Shown here one piece after another: positions 26,407 to 39,812 of a DNA stretch of 64,000 nucleotides (positions within the stretch are counted from its first letter, which is position 1; every line of letters begins with the position of its first letter). The stretch lies in the NCBI RefSeq assembly GCF_009914755.1, contig NC_060931.1; one strand, given 5' to 3'. The notes under the pieces were generated by a model. The model was given only the letters and a program-made list of their open reading frames with translations. It was not told the origin of the DNA and made no database searches. The position numbers and the translations under genes are program-made. This stretch comes from the human T2T-CHM13v2.0 reference genome, Homo sapiens.

Positions 26407-27704
26407 GGAGTTAGTGTTGTCAATTTTAAAAAGACAGACTCATCCTACATTTATATAGAAAGCATGGATACATTATTAGAATATTACATTTGCTGCAGAC
26501 AAAGCTTAAAACATTGATGAAGAGAGGGATGACCCAACACTTACATGGAAAGATGATGCCTTTGGCAAAGATGACACTCTGTTGGATGGACTCTCTTTTC
26601 CCTAGCAGTCAAGATTTAATGTATTCTGCCTGTGCTCTCTTGCCTAGTTTCCCACCTTCCCAGCAACTTGCTACCCAAATATTTGTACCTGCAAGATGAT
26701 TAGTCAAGGTTCAGGATCCACTCTGCCTGGGCTGGCCTTCAAAAGAATTGAGCGTGAAATCACTAAATATGAATGTGGTGTGCAAATAAGCTCTACAGAC
26801 TCATGGAATCTGTAAATTTAGTAAAGGAGGATTTGAGTAAAGGAAGTTTGAACTAGGATATGACTCTTATTCTGACAGATTCCTGGTAACTTCTTCCTCA
26901 CAAAACCCATCTGAAAAATCTTTAACATTAAACAATTGTCAAGAAGGCAGGATAATACCAGTCATAAAATCTATGTACCTGAAGATTGAAGGAGAGAACC
27001 ACCCATCAGGCCTCACCTCAAGCTTATTCTTTTAAAATACAGTATTTTCTGCTTTAGGTCAGACACAAAGATGGCCTACAAAAATTACGCATTTATTAGT
27101 CTCCCATTTATTGTGTGTGTATATATATATATAAGTGAATATTAAATATGTACTTATATACTAACAAGTGTTCCATTTATACTGTTTTATCCTCTGCAAA
27201 GCCAAGATAATTTTTAAACATAGGAGACACTTACCCAGAGTATATCTTCTTAATTCAATTAAATGTAATGGTAAATACTTTTTAGCAAGTTTGATTATAA
27301 ACATATTATAAGCAGCATTAAGAGGTAACGGGTAGAAACTCATAAATCACTAGCAGCAAGAAATAACAAGGAGGAAAAAGACTCAATTATTTTTCTAAAA
27401 ACTGAACAAGGCTCATTTGGTGTAATGGTTAAAAGTTCTTCCCAGATCAAGAGCTCATCTGTATTATTGCAGCCCCAACACTTTGTGTTCGTAACTATGT
27501 TCCAGAATTATTAAGAAAGCCAAATTGTGATCGATATACTCTGTTTAATGTGATAGAGGATTGCACAAATATAAAAGAGGTTTACATCTAAAAGATTAAA
27601 ACTGTCAATCAAAATATTGCACTTTAATTACCTAAGCCATTGACTTGTATGGAAAATCTAATTCTTAGTTTTCTCTTATTTGGTAGTTTAATGCAAATTT
27701 ATTG

Positions 27705-28157
27705 CCCTACAATTCTGTAGGTTAGAAGTCCAATACTTGTCTTACTGAGCTAAAATAAAGGTGTCAGCGGAACTATGTTTCCTTCTGGGCGGCCCCATAG
27801 GAGAATCTGCTTCCTTGCCTTTTTCAGCTTTTAGAGGCTGCCCACAGTCTTTGGCTCTTGATGTCATTCCTTCATGTTCACAGCATGCAATAGCAAGTCT
27901 GGTCCTTCTCATATAGCATCATTCTGACCTCTTCTGTCTCACTCTTCCACTTTTAAGATTCTTTGCATTTACAGTGGTCCCACGTGGATAATCCGGGATA
28001 AACTCCCTAAAGGATTAACATCTTATTAGCAATCTCGATTCCATCTTCAACCCTAACTCCCTTTTCACACAAAACCTTTACATATCCACAGTTTCTAGGA
28101 ATTAGGATGGTTACATCTTCAGTGCAAGGTAAATAGGACATTGTTCTGCTGAACACA
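27705..28157 (-). mobile_element. MLT1C/D-like MaLR LTR (partial)
   Basis: 'ttctgtaggttagaagtcc...gagaatctgcttccttgcctttttcagcttttagaggctgccc...ctaggaattaggatg'. Confidence 0.82.
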
Positions 28158-31100
28158 GGTGTTATATATTCAATTAGGAACTTAACTAAAGTTTATCAAA
28201 ATAACAGAAAATGCACATATGGTATATCATCAACATAATAAAATAATCAAAATAATAATATTCACCATACATGGTTATTATGAAAATTAAATGGGGAAAC
28301 ATTTGTGAAAAATGGGAAGCCATAAATTCCCCGTTAAACTTAAGTGAATGTAATGAATCTATGCAGTAAAAAGAAAGTTCTGAAATCCACACTGGGTTCT
28401 TGGCCAAGATCTTAGACTTGCCAAGATGCCTGCTCTAGTAGTTGGTTTCAATGATAAAAGGCTCTGCAGCAATATAAGCATTGTTTTTATTGACTATTTA
28501 AACTGTGCTCCTACTGTTATCACACTCTTGGGAGGAGGAGACAGACGCTGATACCAGGATGAAGTCATAGAGAAATTTTTCTGATGAAAGCCCTCCAACT
28601 GAATGAGTTCACACCTAATGCCAACCCAGCAGCAGGGGATTCATCACAATATTCAACAACCACACCTTAGAAGCCAATGTCATCTGCCCAAAGCAAAGCT
28701 TCTCATAATTTATCCTTACAGTAGAGATTTCTATCTAGTATACAAAAGCACACATGCTACAAGGATGCTGAAATATTGATCTCTTCAATCCCAATGTGCT
28801 TTTCATATATGAGCAATTTCTATGTGGACCATGATGACAAAAAAGAAGCCCTGGATAACATTGCAAGGTCAGATATGCATGTTGGCGCCCTACCTTTGAC
28901 CCCATTTTAGGAACCTAAGCAGCTGTCCAAGGCCTTCTGTGGCACTCTAGTAATTTCAGATAGAAAAACTTTGCTCTTTCCTTGTTTTTTTTCTCTTCAA
29001 AGCTGTTATATGTACCACATTCCTTTACATCAGGTATTCTACTTGGAAACATAGAGAATGTCTTGTGCCAAGGAGCTCACTTAGATATTGATTCAGTGGA
29101 TTTCCATCACCTCCGAAGAAGCATTGCAACCCTTGGGGTTGGAATCCTGAAGAATTTAGTGATGCTGGTATTTCAGTCCCAAGTGCAAACCAGGGATGAG
29201 ATGTGTTTGGCTGTCTTCCTCTCTGTCATCACCTGAAGCCTGCTGTGTATATTAGGCCCATTTTTATCTGCAATTTTAGATGTTTACTGAAATGAAGAAT
29301 ATAACATAAAATACAGAAGTTACAAGTTGCTTATTTAACAGTCAATAAGGGCAATTTCTATTATTGCTTTTGAGGACTAGTTATTTTGAAAATCTTGCCA
29401 TCAACTCCAGATTTCATTATCTCCGTAAAAGAACAACTCCAAATGACAGTCAAGTGCTTATTGAAGATATGTGACTGCTGTATCTGTGTCTGCCTCCAAA
29501 CCCCTGGTGAGCTGTTTGCTACTAAGAACTGTGGGATCAGCCCTCATCTAGTGTCTTGCCTTAGGATGTAAAATAGCTAACACCATCACTCTAAAAGCTC
29601 CTTTCTGCATAAAGGCATCAAATTACAAACCAACCATATGATTACTTGGGGGCAGATGGATGTATGTATTTATGTTTATACATATGTATTATACATCTAG
29701 TGAACATTGGAAAAATATGAAAAAAAACTTAACAGACATTTCTTTTTAGCCCCACTTTCTCTGAGGTGGCTAAATGAAGACATTGAAGATTATTTCATGA
29801 AATGTTCATTAACATCCTCAGAAACATTTCAGGGGTACATCTAAAAAGGTAAGGTTACATTTAGACTCATGCCCTGTTTACCTTAGCAGAAGGCAACCTA
29901 CCAAACTTAAAATTGAGTTTCTTCCCTAGACTCTAACTTCTACATTTCTGTTCCCACTGCAACTGTTATGTAGAATGAGGTGTGAGACTCATTTTTTCTG
30001 CATCCTCCTGTGAAATATCGTACCATGGAGTGGCCCAAATCCCTCATCACTGCTCAAATGGCAGGAATGAGATTCTATACCTAAGGGGGAAATTACTGTG
30101 GAGGACAGCAAGTACATTATGTTCTGTTGCCACTCTGAAGAAGGCTTAAGATATCAGGAGGGGTGACAGAGGAATGAAAGAATGTAACGTTCACATATCA
30201 GAGACAACAAGGGTAAGAAGTGAGGTCTGGATATCAGTGAAGGGCCAAAGTGACTCATCATGAGGCATTTTGCTTGAAGTCCCAAAGGAAGAACACAGTA
30301 TTCTCATTACTAGGGTGTAGCACACACGGTGCTTAATTTTGTCTTTTGGGGGTATGAATAAAACCTCTATTTATTATAAAAAGAGCAAAAAGAAATGCCC
30401 TCAAATTTCTAGTATTAAAGACTGAACTTGAAGAGGAAAAATAAATAAATAAACAAATAACAAGGATTTACTTTGGAGATATGACTAGGTAAATTCTGTC
30501 ATAAAGAATTTCACTCTCTAAGCCCCTATATCAATTGTAAGACCAAGGGAACTAAAGAGTGTTCCTTAGGGTAAAAGGTCTTTTAAAGTTCTCCCTCTTC
30601 CCTAAAGAGTATCAAATTATGAAACTTAAATCACTTGAGAATTACTTTTAAGAACCTATTTTTTGTGTATGTCTCTTTTCTCTGAACTGCAAAATGCTTC
30701 AGTGCTCAGGACATCAGTAAACAATTTGAAATATATAGTGATCTCCTTCTACTTCCTTGAGCTCTAGTGATAAGAATCAGACCCAAAAGAGAGATGCTGT
30801 CACATACCAGACTGAATAGTGTTTTCCAGGCCAATTCTTTAAGAGACTCAAAAAAATCTACATTTTGCGAAAAACCAAGCCCACATTCAACAGATCTGCC
30901 CTGGGAGTCCTAGGGCATGGTGACGCAGCTTGGAGCCTAGAGTTCTGCCTTCTCATCTGGTCTCCTTTACTTGTGGTGGGCTTCTGGGCTTCAGTTTGCT
31001 ATTTAGTGAAGTAGATGGATGGAACTAAATGATCTCTAGATTATCTTTTGGCTCAGAAGCTCAAAGATTCTTTGACACTTAACACTCATTTGCATGAGCC

Positions 31101-32099
31101 CACTCACACACACAAGTGCACATATACATAAAGAAACTTGTTTTTGTATGGTGTCATTGGTTGGGGTAGTTTGTGATTTTAAGTGAACACCCCTAGCAGG
31201 ATTGAAGAGTAAGAAGTGATTGGATTAGGCCATCCATCAGCAGTTAAGAGAGCAATTTGGAAAGTCCACTGAGAAGAGAAGAGTTTGCCTATCAACCCAC
31301 TATTCACAAGCACTGGGCAATAGAGGAGAAAAAAAATTCCATATTTATGAGCAGACAAAGGAATGTCAGTGAAACACATGATTTAGAATGAAACCTAGAC
31401 AGTAAAAGAGAGGGACACGTTGAAGAGTTTTTAAGACAAAGGACAAGATTGAGATGGGCAGAAAAAGGCAAATCGGAACTGCACAAAGCCACATGAAAAG
31501 GGTTACAAAACCTTCAACAGAAAGAGCTGTGCCCATTTTTATATTCCTCACTGAGAAGATGATATTCCTCGACCTGAAAGAAATAACTGTATTTCATATA
31601 CTTTTACAGATTTGGGAGATGAAAAATAACATTTCTAAAGAACTTTCAGTTATTAGGGAAGGAAGGTCAGAGAGTAGCATCTAAGCAGTCTTGAAAGGAT
31701 GAATTAGAATTTGCCAGGAGTCCAGGTAGGAAAATTCATCATAAATGATACATTTACAACTCAACCATTGTAATATAATGTATCCTGAGCTTTCTACCTT
31801 TTAATTAAAATATTTATGTTTGCAACATATAAGATAAACCTGAAATAATAAAATGGTTTTATTAGATAAATAACTTTAAAAGTGGCAAGTAGAAAAAAAA
31901 TAAGAAGTCATTCACAATTCTCTCAATGGATCTGTGTTACCACAAAAGGTCTTGCAAGTGTACTTCCTATTGAGAAATCAGAAATATGCTTTTAAATTAA
32001 CAATGCTAAGAAACAACAAAAAAGTCACTTGTTTTAGCGAAGTGATCAGTTTTCAGACAAGGCAAGTTTTTCTATTTTTGCTCATTAAATAAAATCTGT

Positions 32100-32503
32100 A
32101 GAATACCATTGGTTTGCACTGAGCTCCTGCAATAGGCCCAATAGACAAAACCAAAATGGAGTCACTCAGGCCATGCTACAAAGTTAAACTAAATTGCTTA
32201 TTGGACCTTCCTTCCAAGAAATCAGGAGAGAGAGAATAGCCAAATTTCCAAATAGGCTAGTTTTAGCTTGCACGATCAGGAAAGTCCCCTCTGCTTTCGC
32301 CTTTAGTTTTGAAACGACCAACCTGCTTTTTGTCCTCTGTTTCTGCTTTCCTTAGACCTTCTTTGTCAATAAAGCCAAGCTCCTCTGTTCAGCTTCTCAG
32401 AACACTCAGTTTTATAGAATGAGGTGTTCCTCAATTCTAGAATTGTAAAAATAAGCTAATCGAGATTTTAAAATTGAATTTGTTGTAATTTTATTTTTCG
32501 ACA
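32100..32503 (+). mobile_element. MER31-like ERV1 LTR
   Basis: 'gcactgagctcctgcaataggccc...aaccaaaatggagtcactca' and end 'atttgttgtaattttatttttcgaca'. Confidence 0.75.
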
Positions 32504-33619
32504 CCCTACACATAGCAATATCTCAAAATCTCATTCTCTTCTCCATGGCTGAAATTTAGCTTCCCCAAAATTTTAATTTCTCCCTTAAGACTATCCAGAC
32601 GCTACTTCCTCTGTGACAGTTCTTCTCTGACCATTCCCAAAGCCTCCAAAAGAGAGATTCATCCTACATGTTCACTTCTGTCATCAATTCTTTATCATCT
32701 CATCCACTCAACTCTGAGCACCATGAAGCCAAGGAATATGTTTTGTTCATCTCAGTCCTTCTATGACTTGGCATGGTGTATGGTCAGAGTTGGTGCTCCA
32801 AAAGGATTTTCTTCAATGAATGAAATAAAACTAAGATAAAAGTCGCATCTGCATATTTGCCATTTTTTTTAATTCAGAGACTTTGATACATTAAAACACA
32901 CAGGGAGTGAAAGAATTTGTCTTTCTAGGGCATCTATTAGAGGCAGGTCAAGCATCATACATGATAAATTTTCAACTTCACCCATCCACCCTGTTTACTT
33001 TGTGTATTTTGATAAAATATTTTTCAGAAGCATCCATGCATTTGTGTAAGTAAGTTTTACAGATTCCTATTGACCACATTCTAGGTTTTGAAATCAGTGT
33101 AGGAAATAAACTCTGGACTACTCACTGTTATGAATTTATTTAAAATTTTTGAACCAAAGCAGAAATAATAAAAAATTACTGGACATTGCCATTACTCCAT
33201 TCATTCAAAATCCTTTTGTCTTCATTTCTTTATCTGTAAAATAAAAAGTAACACCTGCAGTATGGATTATTGTGAGAATAATAGGAATTAAATGAAAAAC
33301 ATACAAAAGTCTAGACTCTAGCACATAGAAGGTACTTTGTAAATGGTGGCTATCAATACTATTGCAAAGTACATTTGAGGGATTTGGCCTGAACTAAAAG
33401 ATACTACATCCCCCTTCCTCCTTGTGCCCATTCAGAAAAAATATTTCTCATTTTTTTCTCTATGCTTACTTATGTATTAAAGGTTTCATCATCTCTGGTA
33501 GAAATAGGATTTCAAATTACTATAGTAATGCCTATTATAATTCTTAGATGATGATCCTCTAGATACAAAGCCAAATAAATTGCCATCAGCTAGAGAAAAC
33601 ACATGGTACAGTTTACATT

Positions 33620-33830
33620 ACCCACTGTGTGATTTAGGTTTAGTTACTTAACCTCTCTGGGCCTTAGTTTTCACACCTGTAAATTGGGGATAATAACAGC
33701 ATCTATTTCATGAAGTGTTGTAATGATAAAAATGAATGAAAACACACACACATACACACACATATACACCCCTCCTAGAATATTGCCTGCATGTTGTAAG
33801 TTCTACTTAGATGTTTACTTTTAGTATTAT
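33620..33830 (+). mobile_element. MIR SINE with (CA)n-like tract
   Basis: 'gttacttaacctctctgggccttagttttcacacctgtaaattggggataataacagc'. Confidence 0.8.
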
Positions 33831-35947
33831 TCATTTTAATAAACACTGAACCTACTAAAACAGACAAGGACATACAACACAATCTGATTAGCGATCCATC
33901 GATTCTTCATTACTCTAATTTGGGGAGTGAAAATGTCAAGGGTAGTCAGACCCATTCCTGTCTATTGTAGCTTAGAACCACAGCTGGGCCCTAAGAATGT
34001 TATCTTGAATAAGAGACCATATGCCCACTTAAGTGAGTCAGGAATTATAGGCTTATAATGTTTTGTTTTCCTAAAAATGTTTCACTTTGCAATAACCAAC
34101 TTTTTAACAGAGAAAAAAGAGAGAGTATTTAAATATAAGAGCTACAGTTACAAATAAATTTCAGAAAGTACTTTCTCATTAAGAATAGAGGTGGAAGAGA
34201 AAATATTTACATGGAAACATTTTTCTTACTTTGCCAGCAACTTTCTGAATTCCCATTACCATATCTCTGAGTTATTTTTGATTTCTACATTAAGTTCCTT
34301 TGTGTGTTACATCAGAGTTTGTTGCTATGGAGATGTCAGAGATGGCACAGATTCACCAGCATGAACCATTTTCTGAACAACTAAACATCATTCCCTCCCA
34401 TAAAAGAAACATGCCTGTCTCACATATCCTTTGTGTTTCCATTCTGAGAAATAAATATAGATCTCACATTTTTCATTTAAATTGTTGACCATTAGATATG
34501 GTAGATTTCTTAATAAAATATTACTTACATTTGGAAAAGATACATGTATTGATAAATAATGTACATTCTGCAAAAATATTATTAACCACTATACTGAATA
34601 ATGTTTTTACAACTCACAAAATTATTATCACCTATGCTATATTATTTGATCCACACAGCCTCCAATGACATAGGAAGATATGACCTTATTTTCTCATCTT
34701 ATAAATGAGCATGTAGAGATCCAGAAAGAATAATCTGCTCAAGGGAAAAATGGAAATATTGGCATGTACACCCAGGTCTTTTGATCGTTCCTCTTCAACT
34801 TCCTCCATTTCTGCATATCTCAGAACACAATGTCATTTTCAAGTCTAGTAATTACAGTTTTCTGACACTATAATTTTCTTCTTCTTCCTCCTCATAACTA
34901 ATAGCTACTGGGTGGCCACCGTGTTTGGACACTGTCTCCAGTGCTATGTATCATAGTTATCACATGAAGGTAACTGAGGAGACAATAGCTGCTGTTAAAG
35001 GTAAGGCATGGAATTCAAATATACTTGTAGTAAAGTTTATCAGTTTGTCACTAGGTACTTTAAGGAAATTAGAAAAGCTTAGTTTAAAGCCACAAAGATT
35101 TGTCATACAAGCAAAAACAATTAAACCACACTCTATGCTGTATTTGTTTTATTTGTTGCTTTATCTCCAACACCTAATAGAGTGCCTGACTTGTGATAAA
35201 CATATGATAAATATTTGTTGAGTGCTAGGTTTGCCACAATTAGTGTCTCTGACACACATACATACACAAACACCCTATTGATGCAATTTCCCCATTTTAT
35301 GTAATATGTGTATTTCTAGAGCTTAAAGAAAAAATTATTCTACATATTTGAAAGTAAAATTCTAATCATGAATACAGGACCTTGGGACAGCCTCTTTGGC
35401 AGGCTTTGACTAACCTGCCTGTTTGGAATATCAGTAGGGAAACATCACTGCTTGGGAGACTTTTAAAGAGGAAAATATTTGGTTCTCAGAGATTTTTATT
35501 TTTTCTTCTGTGGCTCCTTTTTCCTTTCCGTATCTCTGGTCTCTGCTCCAGTCATTTCTTCTTTATATAAGGTGCCTTCATTCTCCTTATCCTCTCCCTT
35601 CCTAATGACCAGCTGCCTCTCCCCAACTAAGCTTCCGAGAGAGGCGCCCACTCAATATTCCATGTACTCGTCCTATGTTTCTTTGTTCTGTTTTTTCCCA
35701 CCCCCCACTGACATTTCCCTGATCTGTGTCCCATTTCCATAGGAAACTTTGAGCTGCCTAGAAGTAATAAACTAACAGGAACTGAGATTTTAAACACTAA
35801 CAATGACTGTATGGGTTCGCCTTTAAAATACTGTTTGAAAATCACAACTTACTTGATTTGTTCACTTGTCTATTGTCTGTATCCTCCACTAATATAGTAA
35901 AATTCACACGGGTAAAAGCCATGCCTGTCTTGTTCACTACTTTGTCC

Positions 35948-36204
35948 TTCCATTTCTGTCCAGTCAAAAACCAATCCCGAAGATTCAGATCAAATCCAGA
36001 TATTCAATAAAGCCTTTTCTAATCACTATTTCATTATGGCAGCCCTAGAACACTGATATAGGAAGATAATCAATACTGTGAATTAGGAATTCAGAGAGAA
36101 GAGTTATTGCTTTTAACTTTGTGTAGTGATTAGAAAAGGCTTTATTGAATATCTGGATTTGATCTGAATCTTCAGGATTGGTTTTTGCCTGGACAGAAAT
36201 GGAA
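35948..36204. repeat. 81-bp inverted repeat (79/81 identical) with a 95-nt spacer
   Basis: Arm 35948-36028 is the reverse complement of arm 36124-36204, with 2 mismatches. Confidence 0.97.
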
Positions 36205-36552
36205 CTTCAGCAAGAAGACATCTTAGATAAACAGTGTGAATAATGGCCTTCAGCGGTTAAGGTGGCTCCTGTGTCTAAAGACTGTCAGTCCCTCGATGTG
36301 GACGTAACCGGCGCCTGCTGCTCTGTGGCTGCTTTGGAAACTGCAGAGATCCCACTGAGAGAGGGACATGTTGGAAATGTGCACTGGCTTTCATATTGGA
36401 TGATCAATGTTCTTCTCACAGCTCTAGAGCTGATCAGCTCTGTGACCTTGACTGCTTCCAACGTCAAAGTAATGAAGGGATTGGATGGTTTGCCTTTAGA
36501 GTGATAAGATTCTGGTGATCTGAGAGTCTACGACCTCTCTGCATCACTGGAG
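36120..36552 (-). other. Candidate 3'-terminal exon of a minus-strand (probably non-coding) transcript
   Basis: Minus strand: long AG-free pyrimidine tract 'cctcatttatcctactcttctctctcttttttactccccag|CTCCAG' at 36553/36552 and AATAAA at 36146-36141; all three frames hit a stop within 30 codons. Confidence 0.4.
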
Positions 36553-37483
36553 CTGGGGAGTAAAAAAGAGAGAGAAGAGTAGGATAAATGAGGCTTCGTT
36601 GTGGCAGTCAGGGAGCAGCTGCTCCTCAAACCCTTGGTTTATTGAAAAGCTCCTGGAAATATCTACTATCAATAAAATCAGATGAGGTTAAAAAAAATGG
36701 GATCAGATATTAACTTAGTTTCAAGGACAGAACCTAAAAGAGGTCAACATTGCCCTGGGCCTAGTTAGGTAATACAGGAGGTGAGTAGAGATTTAAATCT
36801 ACAACAAAAAAGTTAGAGAAGGAGCATTTAAGATAGAAAAGCAGAAAAAATGTGACAGATGAAGGGGAAAAATGAAGTTTTGATAGAGAACAAAATCGCA
36901 AAACTAATGAATATCTTGCAATGCATTTTTTGAATGGCTCTGCTGAATGTTGACAACATGCATTTTTAAAAATCCAAACTAAAATCAATTTGGTATCAAA
37001 TTTGGTATTTCACTTTTACTTTTCCTTGTTTTTTTTCTCATGTGCTCCATATATTTTCCTTTTTGATGAGGAAAGTGATTGTGTTAGTAGCCATTGCAGG
37101 GTGACCATAGGCTATATAAGAAGATGAGGAAGAACCTAATGAGGGACAGATGATATAAGACTTCCTTTTTGGGCATCCTCTTCTCCTAAATAGCTTTCTG
37201 AGCCCATGGATTCACACTCAGTGCTTGGTTAATAGGCTCACATTCTGTTTTTCTACTGGCTTGCAGGTTTTAATTTTTTTTCATAATCATTTCTCGTTAG
37301 ATCCTTTTGGAAATCTATGAGATGAATACAGTAGAAATCGTTATCTTTCTTTTACAGATGAATAAACTAAGAATCTCAAATAGTGTGCTCCAATTGCCAT
37401 TAAGTATTAGAGTCAAGTAAAACCACATCATTTCCTACATTCTCCTAGGGAAATGGAGGTAAGCAGAGTAATGAGAGTTGTAT

Positions 37484-38172
37484 TACATTGTTTTGCTGGT
37501 GGAGGGTCTTGCCTCAATGTTGAGGGCCTTGCTTTGGATTAGGCTTTGGCTTAAGGTAATGTTGCATCTGGGTTGATCTTCTATGCAGACCACTAAAACC
37601 TTCTCCATATCAGCAATATGGCTAACTTTGGTGCAAGAGGCCTAGTGTTTGGCCAGCCTTGGTTTTTGGCATGCCTTCTTCACAAACTTAGTCGTGTCTA
37701 GCTTTTAATTTAAAGTGAGAAACATGCAACTCCTCTTTTCACTTGAACGGCTTGGAGGCCATTGTAGGCATACTTATTGGCCTAGTATCGGTATTGTTTT
37801 GTCTCAGGAAACAGGGAGGCCATAGGAGAGGGAAAGAGATGGGAGAACGGACAGTTAGTGGAGCAGTCAGAGCAAATACAACATTTATCAATTAAGTTTG
37901 CCATCTTATATGGGTGGGGTTTGTGGCATCGCAAAACAATTACAGTAGTAACATCTATGATCACTAGTCCCAAATGACCACAACAGATATAATAATAACG
38001 AAAAAGTTTGAAATTGCAAGAAGTACCAAAATGTTACACAGAAACATAAAGTGAACACATGCTGTTGGAAAAATGGTAACAATAGACTTGCTCAATTAGG
38101 GTTTTCAACTTGTAAAAAACACAGTATCTGTGAAGCACAATAACGCAAAGTGCATAAAACGAGGTATGCCAG
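37484..38172 (-). mobile_element. Tigger1 DNA transposon fragment (internally deleted)
   Basis: Ends in 'aaacgaggtatgccag'+TA, the reverse complement of the Tigger1 TIR; internal 'ggattaggctttggcttaagg'. Confidence 0.88.
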
Positions 38173-38179
38173 TATCAGA

Positions 38180-38440
38180 ATAATAAGTAAATGTTGAAAA
38201 TAATATTGTAGAGGAATATTTAATAGCTTGAAAAAATGTCGTATATATTCTTTTAAGTGAAAAAAGAAAATTATATAACAATGTTTTTCATTTAAAAATG
38301 GGAGAATATACTCCTAAAACATTAATGATGATAATCCCTGAATTATATATTATAATTTTAATTTTCTTAATTATGCCTTTTTATACCTTCTATTTTTTAT
38401 GGTGCAATAGTTTTATATTTTAAATCAGGAGAATATTTTA
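38180..38440 (+). mobile_element. Old L1 (L1ME/MC) 3' end
   Basis: 'ttaagtgaaaaaagaaaatt...ctaaaacattaatgatgataatccctg...ttttaaatcagg'; approximate. Confidence 0.55.
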
Positions 38441-39244
38441 TCACGGAAAACTAGGGGAAAATTAGGAAGAGAAACCTCAAGGCTAACAATCACTTTGGGC
38501 TTTCTGGCAAAACAAGATAGAAGGCTGAAACACTGCTCCTGTTCATCTGTTTGTGTTATTTTATATAATAATTAGAAAATGCCAAGGGAAAACATTGAAA
38601 TATTTCAAAACAAAAGCAATCAGAATTTTAAACACTGAGATAGAAATGCCCAACTAACTTTAAAAAAGCAAAAAGCAAAAAAAGCTTCCCTCTTAAATTT
38701 CATGTTGTGATTAGAACAAATGTGACACTTATTGTGTGCTTGAACTTTAAAAGACATAATGCAGTATCTCAAGCTATAAAAATAGTATTAATTCAAACTA
38801 ATTTGCATAAGCACATGTGGTAAACATCAGCTGAAAGACATTAAGAAGAAAAAGCACAAACTGTGTTAGGTTGAATGGCAATATTTCTAGTTCTAAGGAG
38901 GCACTTGCACATTCTACTACAAATATCCATAGTAATGTAATTCACAACATATTTACTAACTTCCTTCCATGTGCAAGGCATTGTGCTATTCCCCATGGGA
39001 AATGGGAAGCTGCATATTCTCTGCCCTGAAGACATTTATGATCTTTTAGGGAAAATGAACACAACTAATCATATGCAAAGTTGTTTGGGAGATGATAAGA
39101 GAGAAGAGTAAACAATGTTTTATAGGAGTTAAGAGGATAACAGACTTTGCCTATTAATAATCCAAAATAGGAAATGAACTTCTCAAAAGCAATGTTGGCT
39201 GATGATTCCAAATTGGAAATTATGGAAAGAAAGATAATGTAAAT

Positions 39245-39601
<357 letters not shown>

Positions 39602-39697
39602 TTAAAAAGGCAGGTAATCATCTGAAAATAATCACTCAAAAGCATAAGTATCCAGTGGGCAAAAGCCTGGAAAGCAGCATTACCCAAAACCTGTGAG

Positions 39698-39812
39698 CTA
39701 GTGTATATACTAACTACCCTTATTGGATAATTATAAAACATAGACATGTATTGAAATATCAAATTGTAGCCCATAAATATGTACAATTACAATATATCAT
39801 TTTTTTAAAAAA
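39698..39812 (+). mobile_element. Short L1MA 3'-terminal fragment
   Basis: 'catgtattgaaatatcaaattgtagcccataaatatgtacaatt'. Confidence 0.7.

Noticed and set aside
36262-36504. Overlapping 80-aa (plus) and 60-aa (minus) ORFs in a CpG-containing patch
   Set aside because: Non-ATG starts and no recognisable homology; all frames from the 36552 acceptor stop early
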